A stretch of DNA of 64,000 bases from Pelagibacteraceae bacterium GOM-A1. GTDB taxonomy: Bacteria; Pseudomonadota; Alphaproteobacteria; Pelagibacterales; Pelagibacteraceae. The DNA lies in assembly GCA_001704065.1 (NCBI GenBank), contig LHBX01000057.1:3634-67633 (forward strand), in the 5' to 3' direction. Shown here in pieces: positions 31,022-42,474 of the stretch. The notes beneath the pieces were generated by a model. The model was not told the origin of the DNA and searched no databases. It was given only the letters and a program-made list of their open reading frames with translations. Within the stretch, counting starts at the first letter, position 1. Each line of letters starts with the position of its first letter. Made by a program: the position numbers and the translations under genes.

Positions 31022-31849
31022 TTAAACTAAAAATTTTTTTTTAACTTTCTTTGCAAAATCTAAATAAATATTTGATATTTCATGTTCTGGATTGCTCTCA
31101 ACTATCGGTCGTCCTAAATCTCCTTGCTTTCCAACTTCTGGATCAATTGGTATTTCACCTAGAAAATCTTTTTTAAAATCTTCAGCAGTCTTTTTGACAC
31201 CACCTTCACCAAAAATTGCATATTTTTTTCCATCATCACCTACAAAGTGACTCATATTATCTATAAGACCGAGTATCTTTACTTTAAGTTTATCAAACAT
31301 TCTAATTCCTCTCTTTACGTCCTGTAAGGCTATCTCTTGCGGCGTAGATATAATAATCACCCCATCCATATTTATCTCTTGTGCAAAAGTTAGTTGTGTG
31401 TCGCCAGTTCCAGGAGGCATATCAACAATTAAAAAATCCAAATTTTCCCATAAAACTTTTTGTGTAAAAGTTTTTATAGCGGATATCACCATAGGACCCC
31501 TCCAAATCATTGGAGTTTGTTCATCTGTTAAAAAACCAATTGACATACACTGAATTCCATATTTTATGATTGGCTTTAATTTTTTCCCATCACTTTCAGG
31601 TTTGTCATTTATTGAGAATAATTTTGGAAGCGATGGTCCATATATATCTGCGTCAAGCAATCCGACATTTAAATCTATTTTTTTTAATGCCAAAGCAAGA
31701 TTCGAGGCAAATGTTGACTTTCCAACTCCTCCCTTTGCACTTGAGATTGCAATTGTAAACTTTGTTCCAATAATCGGGTTCCTTCTAAAGGTTTTTGGCT
31801 CAGTTCTTGCCTTTGTTGTGTCACTTAAACCTACTTTTTTTTCGTCCAT
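31022..31849 (-). CDS. mrp: Mrp/ApbC/NBP35 family P-loop ATPase, short form lacking the CxxC motif
   Basis: SSAKGGVGKST, DADIYGPS.P, WRGPM, DMPPGTGD, TPQ..A..D, DNMS, GEIP. Confidence 0.93.
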   Translation of the reverse strand: MDEKKVGLSDTTKARTEPKTFRRNPIIGTKFTIAISSAKGGVGKSTFASNLALALKKIDLNVGLLDADIYGPSLPKLFSINDKPESDGKKLKPIIKYGIQCMSIGFLTDEQTPMIWRGPMVISAIKTFTQKVLWENLDFLIVDMPPGTGDTQLTFAQEINMDGVIIISTPQEIALQDVKRGIRMFDKLKVKILGLIDNMSHFVGDDGKKYAIFGEGGVKKTAEDFKKDFLGEIPIDPEVGKQGDLGRPIVESNPEHEISNIYLDFAKKVKKKFLV

Positions 31850-31862
31850 AATTTACCATTAT

Positions 31863-31890
31863 CTTGTTTTTACTAATAAAGACACTATAT
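31863..31890 (+). promoter_or_regulatory. putative RpoH (sigma-32) promoter of hflK-hflC-degP
   Basis: CTTG-N18-CTATAT matches the alphaproteobacterial RpoH consensus; overlapped by the inverted repeat GACACT-N6-AGTGTC (31881-31898). Confidence 0.45.
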
Positions 31891-31903
31891 AGAGTGTCGT
31901 ATT

Positions 31904-32995
31904 ATGAGTGATTTTAGAAATCAAAGCCCGTGGGGAACACCTCCAGGAGGAGGTGGTAGTGGAAATGGTGGATTTAGAAAAGGTCCTACTCCCCCAAATA
32001 TTGATGAAATTATAAGTAAATTACAATCAATAATAAATAGATTTTTAGGCGGAGGTAAAGGTGGTGCTAAGCCAATAATAATTGGTCTAATAATCCTTTT
32101 AATTGTTTGGACTTTAAGTGGTCTTTATAGAGTTTTACCTGATGAACAAGGCGTTGTATTGAGATTTGGAAAATTTGTTAAAACTACGCAGCCTGGATTA
32201 AATTATCATCTTCCTTTTCCAATTGAAAATGTGTTAACCCCAAAAGTTACAAAAGTTAATCGAATGGATATTGGATTTAGATCGGAGAGAGACAGTGGAT
32301 TTTCATCAGGTGGAGTTGCAGATGTACCAGAAGAAAGTTTAATGTTAACTGGTGATGAAAATATAGTTAATATTGATTTTTCTGTTTTTTGGGTAATCAA
32401 AGATGCGGGTAATTTTTTATTTAAAATTCAAGATCCTGAAGGAACGGTTAAGGCAGCTGCAGAAACAGCGATGAGAGAGGTTATTGCTCGATCTGATATT
32501 CAACCAATTCTTACTGAAGGTAGATCGGTTATAGAGGCCGATACTCAAGAAATAATTCAGGAAATTTTAGACGAATACACAAGTGGGATTCAAATCACAC
32601 AAGTTCAAACTCAAAAAGCCGATCCACCAGACCAAGTTATTGATGCATTTAGAGATGTACAGGCAGCTAGAGCGGATATGGAAAGATCTAAAAATGAGGC
32701 AGAAGCATATGCTAATGATGTAATTCCAAGAGCACGAGGAGAAGCAGCAAAAATTCTACAAGCAGCAGAGGCTTATAAAAAAGAAGTTGTTGCTAAGGCA
32801 GAAGGAGAAGCAAGTAGATTTTTATCAATATATAATGAGTATGCAAAAGCCAAAAAAGTAACTCAAGAAAGAATGTATCTTGAGACAATGGAAGAAGTAT
32901 TAGCTGATATCAATAAAATAATAATCGACAAAAACTCAGGTGAAGGTGTAGTACCATACCTTCCATTACAAGAACTTAAGACAGGAACCAATTAA
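31904..32995 (+). CDS. hflK: FtsH modulator HflK
   Basis: PWG/Gly-rich N-terminus with PP.IDE, TM helix, EQGVVLRFG, MLTGDENIV, A..AEAYK, RMYLETME. Confidence 0.97.
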   Translation: MSDFRNQSPWGTPPGGGGSGNGGFRKGPTPPNIDEIISKLQSIINRFLGGGKGGAKPIIIGLIILLIVWTLSGLYRVLPDEQGVVLRFGKFVKTTQPGLNYHLPFPIENVLTPKVTKVNRMDIGFRSERDSGFSSGGVADVPEESLMLTGDENIVNIDFSVFWVIKDAGNFLFKIQDPEGTVKAAAETAMREVIARSDIQPILTEGRSVIEADTQEIIQEILDEYTSGIQITQVQTQKADPPDQVIDAFRDVQAARADMERSKNEAEAYANDVIPRARGEAAKILQAAEAYKKEVVAKAEGEASRFLSIYNEYAKAKKVTQERMYLETMEEVLADINKIIIDKNSGEGVVPYLPLQELKTGTN

Positions 32996-32996
32996 A

Positions 32997-33866
32997 ATGA
33001 AAGCTGGAAAATTTTTATTACCAATAATTATACTAATTGCTGCAACAATATACTTTTCTGTTTTTATTGTTAAAGAGGTTAATCAAGCTATAGTCCTTCA
33101 ATTTGGAGATCCCAAAAGAATTATATCCAAACCTGGAATAAATTTTAAAATTCCATTCATACAAAACGTTGTATTTTTGGATAAAAGAATTTTAAATCTT
33201 GATACTCCACCGGAAGAGGTAATTGCATCAGATCAAAAAAGACTTATTGTCGACGCTTTTGCGAGATTTCAAATTATTGATCCACTTAAATTTTATATAT
33301 CAGTTGGAAATGAAAGAGTTGCAAGATCAAGATTGGCAACAATTATAAACTCTAGAATAAGAAACGTGCTTGGTCAGCAAGAACTTCAAACACTTTTGTC
33401 AGAAGATAGAACAAAACAAATGTCTTTAATTCAGGAAGGTGTAAATAATGAAGCTGAAAATTTTGGTATTAGTATAGTAGACGTAAGAATTAAAAGAGCA
33501 GATCTTCCACAAGCTAACAGTGATGCAATTTTTAGAAGAATGCAAACCGAAAGAGAGAGAGAAGCAAAAGAATTTAGAGCAAAAGGTGCAGAGATGGCAG
33601 TAACAATTACCTCAACTGCTGATAAAGAAGTTACCGTTATACTTGCAGACGCACAAAAAAAATCTGAGATTATGAAGGGTGAGGGTGATGGTCTTAAAAA
33701 TAAGATTTTTGCTGATGCCTTCGGACAAGATCCTGAATTTTTTGCATTTTATAGAGCTATGCAGGCATACCAAAAAGCTTTAATTGGCGGTGAAACTTCA
33801 ATGATACTTTCACCAGATAGTGAATTTTTTAAATTTTTCGGAAATATCGATCAAAAAGTAGAGTAA
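32997..33866 (+). CDS. hflC: FtsH modulator HflC
   Basis: SPFH domain, DVRIKRADLP, RMQTERERE, FFAFYRAM.AY. Confidence 0.97.
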   Translation: MKAGKFLLPIIILIAATIYFSVFIVKEVNQAIVLQFGDPKRIISKPGINFKIPFIQNVVFLDKRILNLDTPPEEVIASDQKRLIVDAFARFQIIDPLKFYISVGNERVARSRLATIINSRIRNVLGQQELQTLLSEDRTKQMSLIQEGVNNEAENFGISIVDVRIKRADLPQANSDAIFRRMQTEREREAKEFRAKGAEMAVTITSTADKEVTVILADAQKKSEIMKGEGDGLKNKIFADAFGQDPEFFAFYRAMQAYQKALIGGETSMILSPDSEFFKFFGNIDQKVE

Positions 33867-33871
33867 TTTTA

Positions 33872-34057
33872 ATGAGAGAATTGATCATCGCATTTGGTCT
33901 ATTCCTTTTTATTGAAGGTATTCTTTACGCCATATTTCCATCAAAAATGAAAAATATGATAATGAAATTAAAAGAAGCCACTGATAACCAACTAAGAACT
34001 GGTGGATTAATATTTGCAATTATTGGTTTTTTTATTATTTGGTACTTAAAAAGATGA
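33872..34057 (+). CDS. DUF2065 family small membrane protein
   Basis: GL.L.IEG...A.FP and LR..GL motifs, in the canonical position after hflC. Confidence 0.85.
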   Translation: MRELIIAFGLFLFIEGILYAIFPSKMKNMIMKLKEATDNQLRTGGLIFAIIGFFIIWYLKR

Positions 34058-35457
34058 GATGCATAAAAATTGTATTACTAATATTATTTTCAATTAATAT
34101 TCAAAATTCTTCTAACTCAGCAGACATGCCTGCATCCTTCGCAGATCTTGCTGAAAAATTAATGCCTTCAGTAGTAAATATCTCGACTACAACAACTATA
34201 ACCACAAGGTCTAATCCATTTCCATTTGAATTTCCCCCAGGGTCTCCTTTTGAAGATATGTTCAAAGATTATGGAACTCCACAAAAGAGACAAACAAGTG
34301 CACTTGGATCAGGGTTTATTATTGATGAAAAAGGAATTGTTATTACAAACAATCACGTAATCCAAGGCGCAGAAGATGTTTTTGTTAGAGTTAATGGTGA
34401 AAAAAATATAAAGGCAAAAGTAATTGGAGCTGATCCTGGTATGGATTTGGCAGTTCTTCAAATAGAGTCAGATCAAAAATTCACACCAGTTAAGTTTGGA
34501 GACTCTGATACCGCAAGAATAGGTGATTGGGTTATTGCAATTGGGAATCCATTTGGCTTAGGTGGAACGGTTACTGCAGGAATAATTTCTGCAAGAAACA
34601 GAAGTATCGGTCTTTCTAGATATGAAGACTACATTCAAACTGATGCATCAATTAACCAAGGTAATTCAGGTGGTCCATTGTTTAATATGGATGGAGATGT
34701 AGTTGGAATTAATACAGCAATATTAGGTCAATCAGGTTCAATTGGAATTGGTTTTGCAATACCTTCTAATAGTGCACAAAAAGTAATTAATCAATTAATT
34801 GAATTTGGTGAAACTAAAAGAGGATGGTTAGGTGTTAGAATTCAAACAGTCACAAAAGATATTGCAGATGTTGAAAAATTAGATGAACCTAGGGGAGCGC
34901 TTGTTGCTAGTGTAGCTGAAAATAGTCCATCAGATAAGGGAGGAATTAAAGCTGGAGACATAATATTAGAGTTTGATGGTAAGAAAATTAATGAAATGAG
35001 TGAACTTCCAAGAATAGTGGCTGAAACAGAAGTTGGAAAAAAAGTAAAACTAAAAGTGTGGAGAAATAAACGTGAAATAACTAAGGAAATTATACTTGGA
35101 AGACTAGAAACATCTGAAGACTTTAAATCTCAAGGTTTAGTAACAGAAAAACCTAAAGAAGATGCAATAGATGGTTTGAAAATAAAAGTGAGATTGCTAA
35201 ATAAAGATGACATTAAAGAAAGAAATTTACCAAAAAATACAACAGGATTAGTTATCACAGAAATTGATAAAGATAGCCCAGTTAACTATCTTCAAGTAAA
35301 TAATATTATTGTTGAAGCACAAAAGAAAAAGATCAACACCATTGGAGATCTAGATAACATAGTAAAATTAGCTCTAAAAAGTAATGATAAAAGTTTACTT
35401 ATTGCAATTTACAATAACAATAACCAAAGACGATATATTGGTGTTAAACTAAATTAA
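34054..35457 (+). CDS. degP: DegP/HtrA (Do family) serine protease with two PDZ domains
   Basis: TNNHVI, DLAVL and GNSGGPL catalytic triad. Start placed at ATG 34054 (ATGA overlap with the DUF2065 stop) rather than 34039. Confidence 0.95.
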   Translation: MRCIKIVLLILFSINIQNSSNSADMPASFADLAEKLMPSVVNISTTTTITTRSNPFPFEFPPGSPFEDMFKDYGTPQKRQTSALGSGFIIDEKGIVITNNHVIQGAEDVFVRVNGEKNIKAKVIGADPGMDLAVLQIESDQKFTPVKFGDSDTARIGDWVIAIGNPFGLGGTVTAGIISARNRSIGLSRYEDYIQTDASINQGNSGGPLFNMDGDVVGINTAILGQSGSIGIGFAIPSNSAQKVINQLIEFGETKRGWLGVRIQTVTKDIADVEKLDEPRGALVASVAENSPSDKGGIKAGDIILEFDGKKINEMSELPRIVAETEVGKKVKLKVWRNKREITKEIILGRLETSEDFKSQGLVTEKPKEDAIDGLKIKVRLLNKDDIKERNLPKNTTGLVITEIDKDSPVNYLQVNNIIVEAQKKKINTIGDLDNIVKLALKSNDKSLLIAIYNNNNQRRYIGVKLN

Positions 35458-36377
35458 TGGACTTAAAGTCCAAAATAATTCTTATTTCAGGACCAACAGC
35501 ATCTGGTAAATCAAAATTTGCTATACAGCTTGCAAAAAAAATAAATGGAGAAGTTATAAATGCAGATAGTATGCAAATTTTTAAAGAATTAAAAATTCTC
35601 ACAGCAAGACCTCATCGAAATGATTTAAAAAAAATAAAACATCATTTGTATGGATTTAAAAGTGTAAAGGAAAATTATTCTACAGGAAATTGGCTTAAGG
35701 ATGCCAAGTTAAAAATCAACAGTATCAAGAAAAAAAATAAAATTCCAATTCTTGTAGGCGGCACTGGTTTGTATTTTAAAGCAATTATTGATGGTATAGT
35801 TAAAATCCCTGATATCCCATTAATTTTTCGTAATAGAATTAGGAAGAAGCATTCAAAAATAGGTCAAAAGAAATTTTATTTAGAGTTACTTAAGCTAGAT
35901 CCACTTTGTAAAAAAAAAATTAATAAAAATGATACACAAAGATCAATAAGAGCCTACGAGGTAAAAAAATTTACAAATAAATCATTGTTTGATTGGTATA
36001 GTGAAACATATTCTGATTTTACTAAAGACAGTTTTATTAAGTTACTTATCGATTATCCTAGAGATAAGCTTGTAGAAAGAATTTCTTTAAGAACAAATGA
36101 AATGTTCAGAGATGGAGCAATAAAAGAGGCTAAGAGGTTTTACAAATTAAGAATAAAGAAAGATTTATCATCTAATAAAGTTATTGGTCTAAGTGAGATT
36201 AAAGATTATCTTGATAAAAGAATAAATCTTAATGAACTGAAAGAAAAAATATCAATAAAAACAAGGCAATATGCTAAGAGACAGTCCACTTGGGCTAGAG
36301 GACAAATGTCTGATTGGCAAAATATAAAATTTGATAGACTTAAATCATTCGCAAAAAAATTTCCTAAATCTGCATAG
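35457..36377 (+). CDS. miaA: tRNA dimethylallyltransferase
   Basis: GPTASGKS, NADSMQ, ILTARP, VGGTGLY, TRQYAKRQ.TW. Confidence 0.97.
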   Translation: MDLKSKIILISGPTASGKSKFAIQLAKKINGEVINADSMQIFKELKILTARPHRNDLKKIKHHLYGFKSVKENYSTGNWLKDAKLKINSIKKKNKIPILVGGTGLYFKAIIDGIVKIPDIPLIFRNRIRKKHSKIGQKKFYLELLKLDPLCKKKINKNDTQRSIRAYEVKKFTNKSLFDWYSETYSDFTKDSFIKLLIDYPRDKLVERISLRTNEMFRDGAIKEAKRFYKLRIKKDLSSNKVIGLSEIKDYLDKRINLNELKEKISIKTRQYAKRQSTWARGQMSDWQNIKFDRLKSFAKKFPKSA

Positions 36378-36382
36378 ATTGC

Positions 36383-36412
36383 TTGACCTATTAGCACAAC
36401 TTCAGCTAGATT
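36383..36412 (+). promoter_or_regulatory. sigma70 promoter giving a probably leaderless ilvB mRNA
   Basis: TTGACC-N18-TAGATT followed by 6 nt and then the ATG at 36419; no Shine-Dalgarno sequence. Confidence 0.55.
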
Positions 36413-36418
36413 GTCTGA

Positions 36419-38185
36419 ATGTCAAAATTATACTCTGGAGCTGAAATTGTATTTAAGTGTATGGAAGATCAGAATGTTGATCATATTTTTGGTTACCCAG
36501 GTGGTGCAGTACTACCAATTTATGACGAATTACAAAATTTTAAATCAATCAAACACGTTTTAGTTAGACATGAACAAGGCGCAGGTCATGCCGCAGAAGG
36601 ATATGCAAGATCATCAGGTAAACCTGGTGTTATTTTAGTAACCTCAGGACCTGGTGCAACAAATGTAGTCACAGCTTTGACTGATGCATATATGGATTCG
36701 ATTCCATTAGTTTGTATCTCTGGACAAGTTCCAACTCATTTAATTGGTACAGATGCATTTCAAGAATGTGATACAACTGGAATAACTAGACCTTGCACTA
36801 AACATAATTGGTTAGTCAAAGATATAAATGATTTAGCTAGTACAATACATAAAGCATTCGAGGTGGCAACTACTGGTAGACCAGGACCAGTTTTGGTCGA
36901 TATACCAAAAGATATTCAATTTCAAAAAACAAAATATTCAAAACCTAAAAAAGAAAAAAAACTTAACGATAAATCTCACAACCATTTTAATCAAAACAGC
37001 ATTAATGAATTAATTGAATTAATGAGTAAATCATCAAAACCTATTTTTTATACTGGTGGTGGAGTGATTAATTCTGGACCCAAGGCTAGTGAACTTTTAA
37101 GAGAACTTGTTTATGCAACAGGTTTTCCTATTACTTCAACTTTACAAGGATTAGGATCCTTCCCAGGTGATGATAATCAATTTTTGGGAATGCTGGGTAT
37201 GCATGGAACTTATGAAGCAAATAATGCAATGCACGATTGTGATTTAATGATTAATATTGGAGCACGTTTCGACGATAGGATAACAGGAAAAATAGATGAA
37301 TTTTCTCCAAAATCAAAAAAAGTTCATATTGATATAGATCCATCTTCTATTAATAAAAATGTTAAAGTTGATTTAGCTATTGTGGGAGATGTAAAAACTG
37401 TTCTTTCATCTACTTTAAAAAGTTTAAAACAAAAAAAATCAAAATTTTTAAAATCAAATAAACAAAAGACTTCCAGATGGTGGGAAAAAATTCAAAAATG
37501 GAGATCAGTTAGATCTTTAGATTATATCGGAAGTGAAGAGACTATAAAACCTCAGTATGCGATTGAAAGATTATATGAATTGACTAAAGACAAAGACTCA
37601 TACATTACAACCGAGGTAGGGCAGCATCAGATGTGGGCCGCACAACATTATAAATTTAATAAACCAAATCGTTGGATGACATCTGGTGGATTAGGCACCA
37701 TGGGATATGGTTTACCAGCCGCAGTGGGTGTACAAGTCGCTCATCCAAAAAAATTAGTTATTGATATTGCAGGAGAGGCTTCAGTATTAATGACAATTCA
37801 GGAAATGTCTACAGCAGTACAATACAGCCTTCCAATTAAAATATTTATATTGAATAATCAATACATGGGTATGGTTAGACAATGGCAAGAACTCTTACAT
37901 GATAAAAACTATTCTGAAAGTTATACTGCTGCTTTACCAGATTTTGTTAAATTAGCAGAAGCATATAACTGTGTTGGTATAAGAGCAAAAACACCAGAAG
38001 AGTTAGACGATAAGATTATTGAAATGTTGAATACAGATAGACCTGTAATATTTGATTGTATGGTTGATAAAGTAGAGAATTGTTTTCCAATGATACCATC
38101 AGGAAAGCCTCATAATCAGATGATTTTAGGACCCAAAGATCAAGAAAATAAGAAAATTACTGGTAAAGGCAAGTCTTTAGTTTAA
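36419..38185 (+). CDS. ilvB: acetolactate synthase large subunit
   Basis: FGYPGGA, RHEQGA, TSGPGATN, GARFDDR, GQHQMW, GTMGYGLP, NNQYMGMVRQWQ. Confidence 0.97.
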   Translation: MSKLYSGAEIVFKCMEDQNVDHIFGYPGGAVLPIYDELQNFKSIKHVLVRHEQGAGHAAEGYARSSGKPGVILVTSGPGATNVVTALTDAYMDSIPLVCISGQVPTHLIGTDAFQECDTTGITRPCTKHNWLVKDINDLASTIHKAFEVATTGRPGPVLVDIPKDIQFQKTKYSKPKKEKKLNDKSHNHFNQNSINELIELMSKSSKPIFYTGGGVINSGPKASELLRELVYATGFPITSTLQGLGSFPGDDNQFLGMLGMHGTYEANNAMHDCDLMINIGARFDDRITGKIDEFSPKSKKVHIDIDPSSINKNVKVDLAIVGDVKTVLSSTLKSLKQKKSKFLKSNKQKTSRWWEKIQKWRSVRSLDYIGSEETIKPQYAIERLYELTKDKDSYITTEVGQHQMWAAQHYKFNKPNRWMTSGGLGTMGYGLPAAVGVQVAHPKKLVIDIAGEASVLMTIQEMSTAVQYSLPIKIFILNNQYMGMVRQWQELLHDKNYSESYTAALPDFVKLAEAYNCVGIRAKTPEELDDKIIEMLNTDRPVIFDCMVDKVENCFPMIPSGKPHNQMILGPKDQENKKITGKGKSLV

Positions 38186-38733
38186 TGCCTAATTCAAAAT
38201 CAGCGTATAGTTTTTCAAATAAAAAAGAGAAATTTGACACACATATTATAGTCGTTTGGGTAGACAATGAAGCTGGTGTGTTAGCTAGAGTAGTCGGTCT
38301 ATTTTCTGGTAGAGGTTATAATATTGAGTCTTTAGCAGTCGCCCAAGTTGATGAAAAATTAAAAATATCGAGGATAACAATTGTAACTACAGGAACACCA
38401 CAAGTTGTTAATCAAATTAAGCTTCAATTAAGAAAACTTGTGCCTGTTCATAAAGTTGCAGATTTTAAAAGAGAAGATAAAGCAGTCATTTTTAAGGAGA
38501 TGGCGTTATTTAAAATTGTTGGTCCAAATAATAAATTAGAGGGTGCATTGAAAGCTTGTAAAAAATTTAATCCTGTATTACTAGACAAAACAAAAAAATC
38601 GAATGTTATTCAAATAACAGCCTTAAGACGAGAAATAGACAAAATGTCAAAGGATTTAAAAAAATTTGGATTGGTGAGTGTTTCAAGAACAGGAGCCGTT
38701 GCTATGACAAGAGGTGCAGATATATTTAAATAA
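38185..38733 (+). CDS. ilvH: acetolactate synthase small regulatory subunit
   Basis: ACT domain N..GVLARVVGLFSGRGYNIESL; C-terminal RTG..AM.RG. Confidence 0.93.
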   Translation: MPNSKSAYSFSNKKEKFDTHIIVVWVDNEAGVLARVVGLFSGRGYNIESLAVAQVDEKLKISRITIVTTGTPQVVNQIKLQLRKLVPVHKVADFKREDKAVIFKEMALFKIVGPNNKLEGALKACKKFNPVLLDKTKKSNVIQITALRREIDKMSKDLKKFGLVSVSRTGAVAMTRGADIFK

Positions 38734-39774
<1,041 letters not shown>

Positions 39775-39821
39775 GTTGATGTTAAAATTGGGTTAATTTT
39801 CTCAAATTATTTTGCAATCTG

Positions 39822-39848
39822 AGCGAGAGCATGTATTATGCTCGAGCT
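39822..39848. repeat. GC-rich imperfect inverted repeat overlapping the leuA promoter
   Basis: AGCGAGAGCAT-N5-ATGCTCGAGCT (9/11 symmetric); overlaps TTGCAA(39812)-N16-TATTAT(39834). Confidence 0.6.
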
Positions 39849-39858
39849 AAAAAAAACA

Positions 39859-41433
39859 ATGTCAGACAAAGAAAAATTATACATATTTGATACGACTATG
39901 CGAGATGGTGAGCAATCGCCAGGCGCATCTATGAGTGTCGAAGAGAAAATTCAGATATCTAGAGTTTTTGATGAAATGGGAATAGATATTGTTGAAGCGG
40001 GTTTTCCAATAGCATCACCAGGAGATTTTGAGGCAGTTTCTGAAATAAGTAAAATAATGAAAAACTCAATTCCATGTGGTCTTTCAAGAGCACTAAAAAA
40101 AGATATTGATGCATGCCATGAGTCATTGAAACATGCACCAAGATTTAGAATCCATACTTTTATTTCTACAAGTCCATTGCATATGAAACACAAACTTGAA
40201 ATGACAAACGAGCAGGTTCTAGATGCAATTAAAGAAAGTGTTACTTATGCAAGAAACTTTACTGATGATGTCGAGTGGTCATGCGAAGATGGAACTAGAA
40301 CTGATATGGATTTTATGTGTAAAACAGTTGAACTTGCAATTAACTGTGGAGCCAAAACTATAAATATTCCAGATACAGTTGGATATTCTATTCCAGAAGA
40401 ATTTGCAAAAACAATCAAACATTTAAAGAATAATGTTCCAAATATAGACAAAGCAATATTATCTGCACACTGTCACAATGATCTTGGCTTAGCAGTAGCA
40501 AATGCATTGGCTGGAGTCTCAGAAGGTGTAAGACAAATAGAGTGTACAATTAATGGAATAGGTGAAAGAGCAGGTAATGCTGCATTAGAAGAAGTAGTTA
40601 TGGCAATTAAAACTAGAAATGATTTAATGCCATATAATACTGGAATTAAAACAGAATTAATAAGCAAAGCTTCAAAAATTGTTTCAAATGCAACTGGTTT
40701 CCCAGTTCAATTTAATAAAGCAATAGTTGGAAAAAACGCTTTTGCACATGAGTCGGGAATTCATCAGGATGGAATGCTAAAAAATAGAGAAACTTATGAA
40801 ATTATGACTCCAGAGAGCGTAGGTGTTAAAAAAACCTCGCTTGTTATGGGAAAACATTCAGGACGACATGCTTTTAAAGACAAATTATCTGATTTAGGTT
40901 ATTCAGATCTTACAGATGATATTATCCAAGCTGCTTTTGGAAAATTTAAAGTTTTAGCCGACAAAAAGAAACATATATACGACGAAGATATAGTAGCTTT
41001 AGTAGATGATAGTTTAATTGTAGATAATAAAATAAATGCGATTAATTTAAAATCTTTAAAAGTTTTTGCTGGCACAGGAGAACCACAAAAAGCTGAAATG
41101 ACATTAGATGTATATGGTGATATTAAAAATACTACAGAAACAGGGGATGGACCAGTTGATGCAATATTTAAATGTATAAAAAAATTATTTCCTCACGATG
41201 TAAAATTATCTTTATACCAAGTTCATGCAGTAACAGAAGGTACAGATGCTCAAGCGACTGTTAGTGTAAAAATTGAAGAAAATGATAGGACAACAGTAGG
41301 TCAATCAGCTGACACAGATACTTTAGTTGCATCAGCAAACGCATATTTAAATGCATTGAATAAAATGCTTATAAAACGTGAGAAAAAAGCGCCATCTCAG
41401 AATATTAAACATCAAAAAGTGAAAGGAATATAA
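39859..41433 (+). CDS. leuA: 2-isopropylmalate synthase
   Basis: FDTTMRDGEQ, HCHNDLG, GERAGN, HESGIHQDG, C-terminal regulatory domain G.GPVDA. ATG 39859 is preferred because ATG 39838 lies within the predicted promoter. Confidence 0.95.
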   Translation: MSDKEKLYIFDTTMRDGEQSPGASMSVEEKIQISRVFDEMGIDIVEAGFPIASPGDFEAVSEISKIMKNSIPCGLSRALKKDIDACHESLKHAPRFRIHTFISTSPLHMKHKLEMTNEQVLDAIKESVTYARNFTDDVEWSCEDGTRTDMDFMCKTVELAINCGAKTINIPDTVGYSIPEEFAKTIKHLKNNVPNIDKAILSAHCHNDLGLAVANALAGVSEGVRQIECTINGIGERAGNAALEEVVMAIKTRNDLMPYNTGIKTELISKASKIVSNATGFPVQFNKAIVGKNAFAHESGIHQDGMLKNRETYEIMTPESVGVKKTSLVMGKHSGRHAFKDKLSDLGYSDLTDDIIQAAFGKFKVLADKKKHIYDEDIVALVDDSLIVDNKINAINLKSLKVFAGTGEPQKAEMTLDVYGDIKNTTETGDGPVDAIFKCIKKLFPHDVKLSLYQVHAVTEGTDAQATVSVKIEENDRTTVGQSADTDTLVASANAYLNALNKMLIKREKKAPSQNIKHQKVKGI

Positions 41434-41437
41434 TTAA

Positions 41438-42469
<1,032 letters not shown>

Positions 42470-42474
42470 ATATT

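Noticed and set aside
31878-31900. CIRCE/HrcA operator upstream of hflK (also a TTAGCAC half-site at 36391)
   Set aside because: The arms deviate from TTAGCACTC/GAGTGCTAA and the spacer is not 9 nt; the ilvB copy has no second arm.
39819-39846. dif (XerCD) site resemblance around TGTATTATG
   Set aside because: It lacks the CATAA XerC arm and the TTATGTTAAAT XerD arm.
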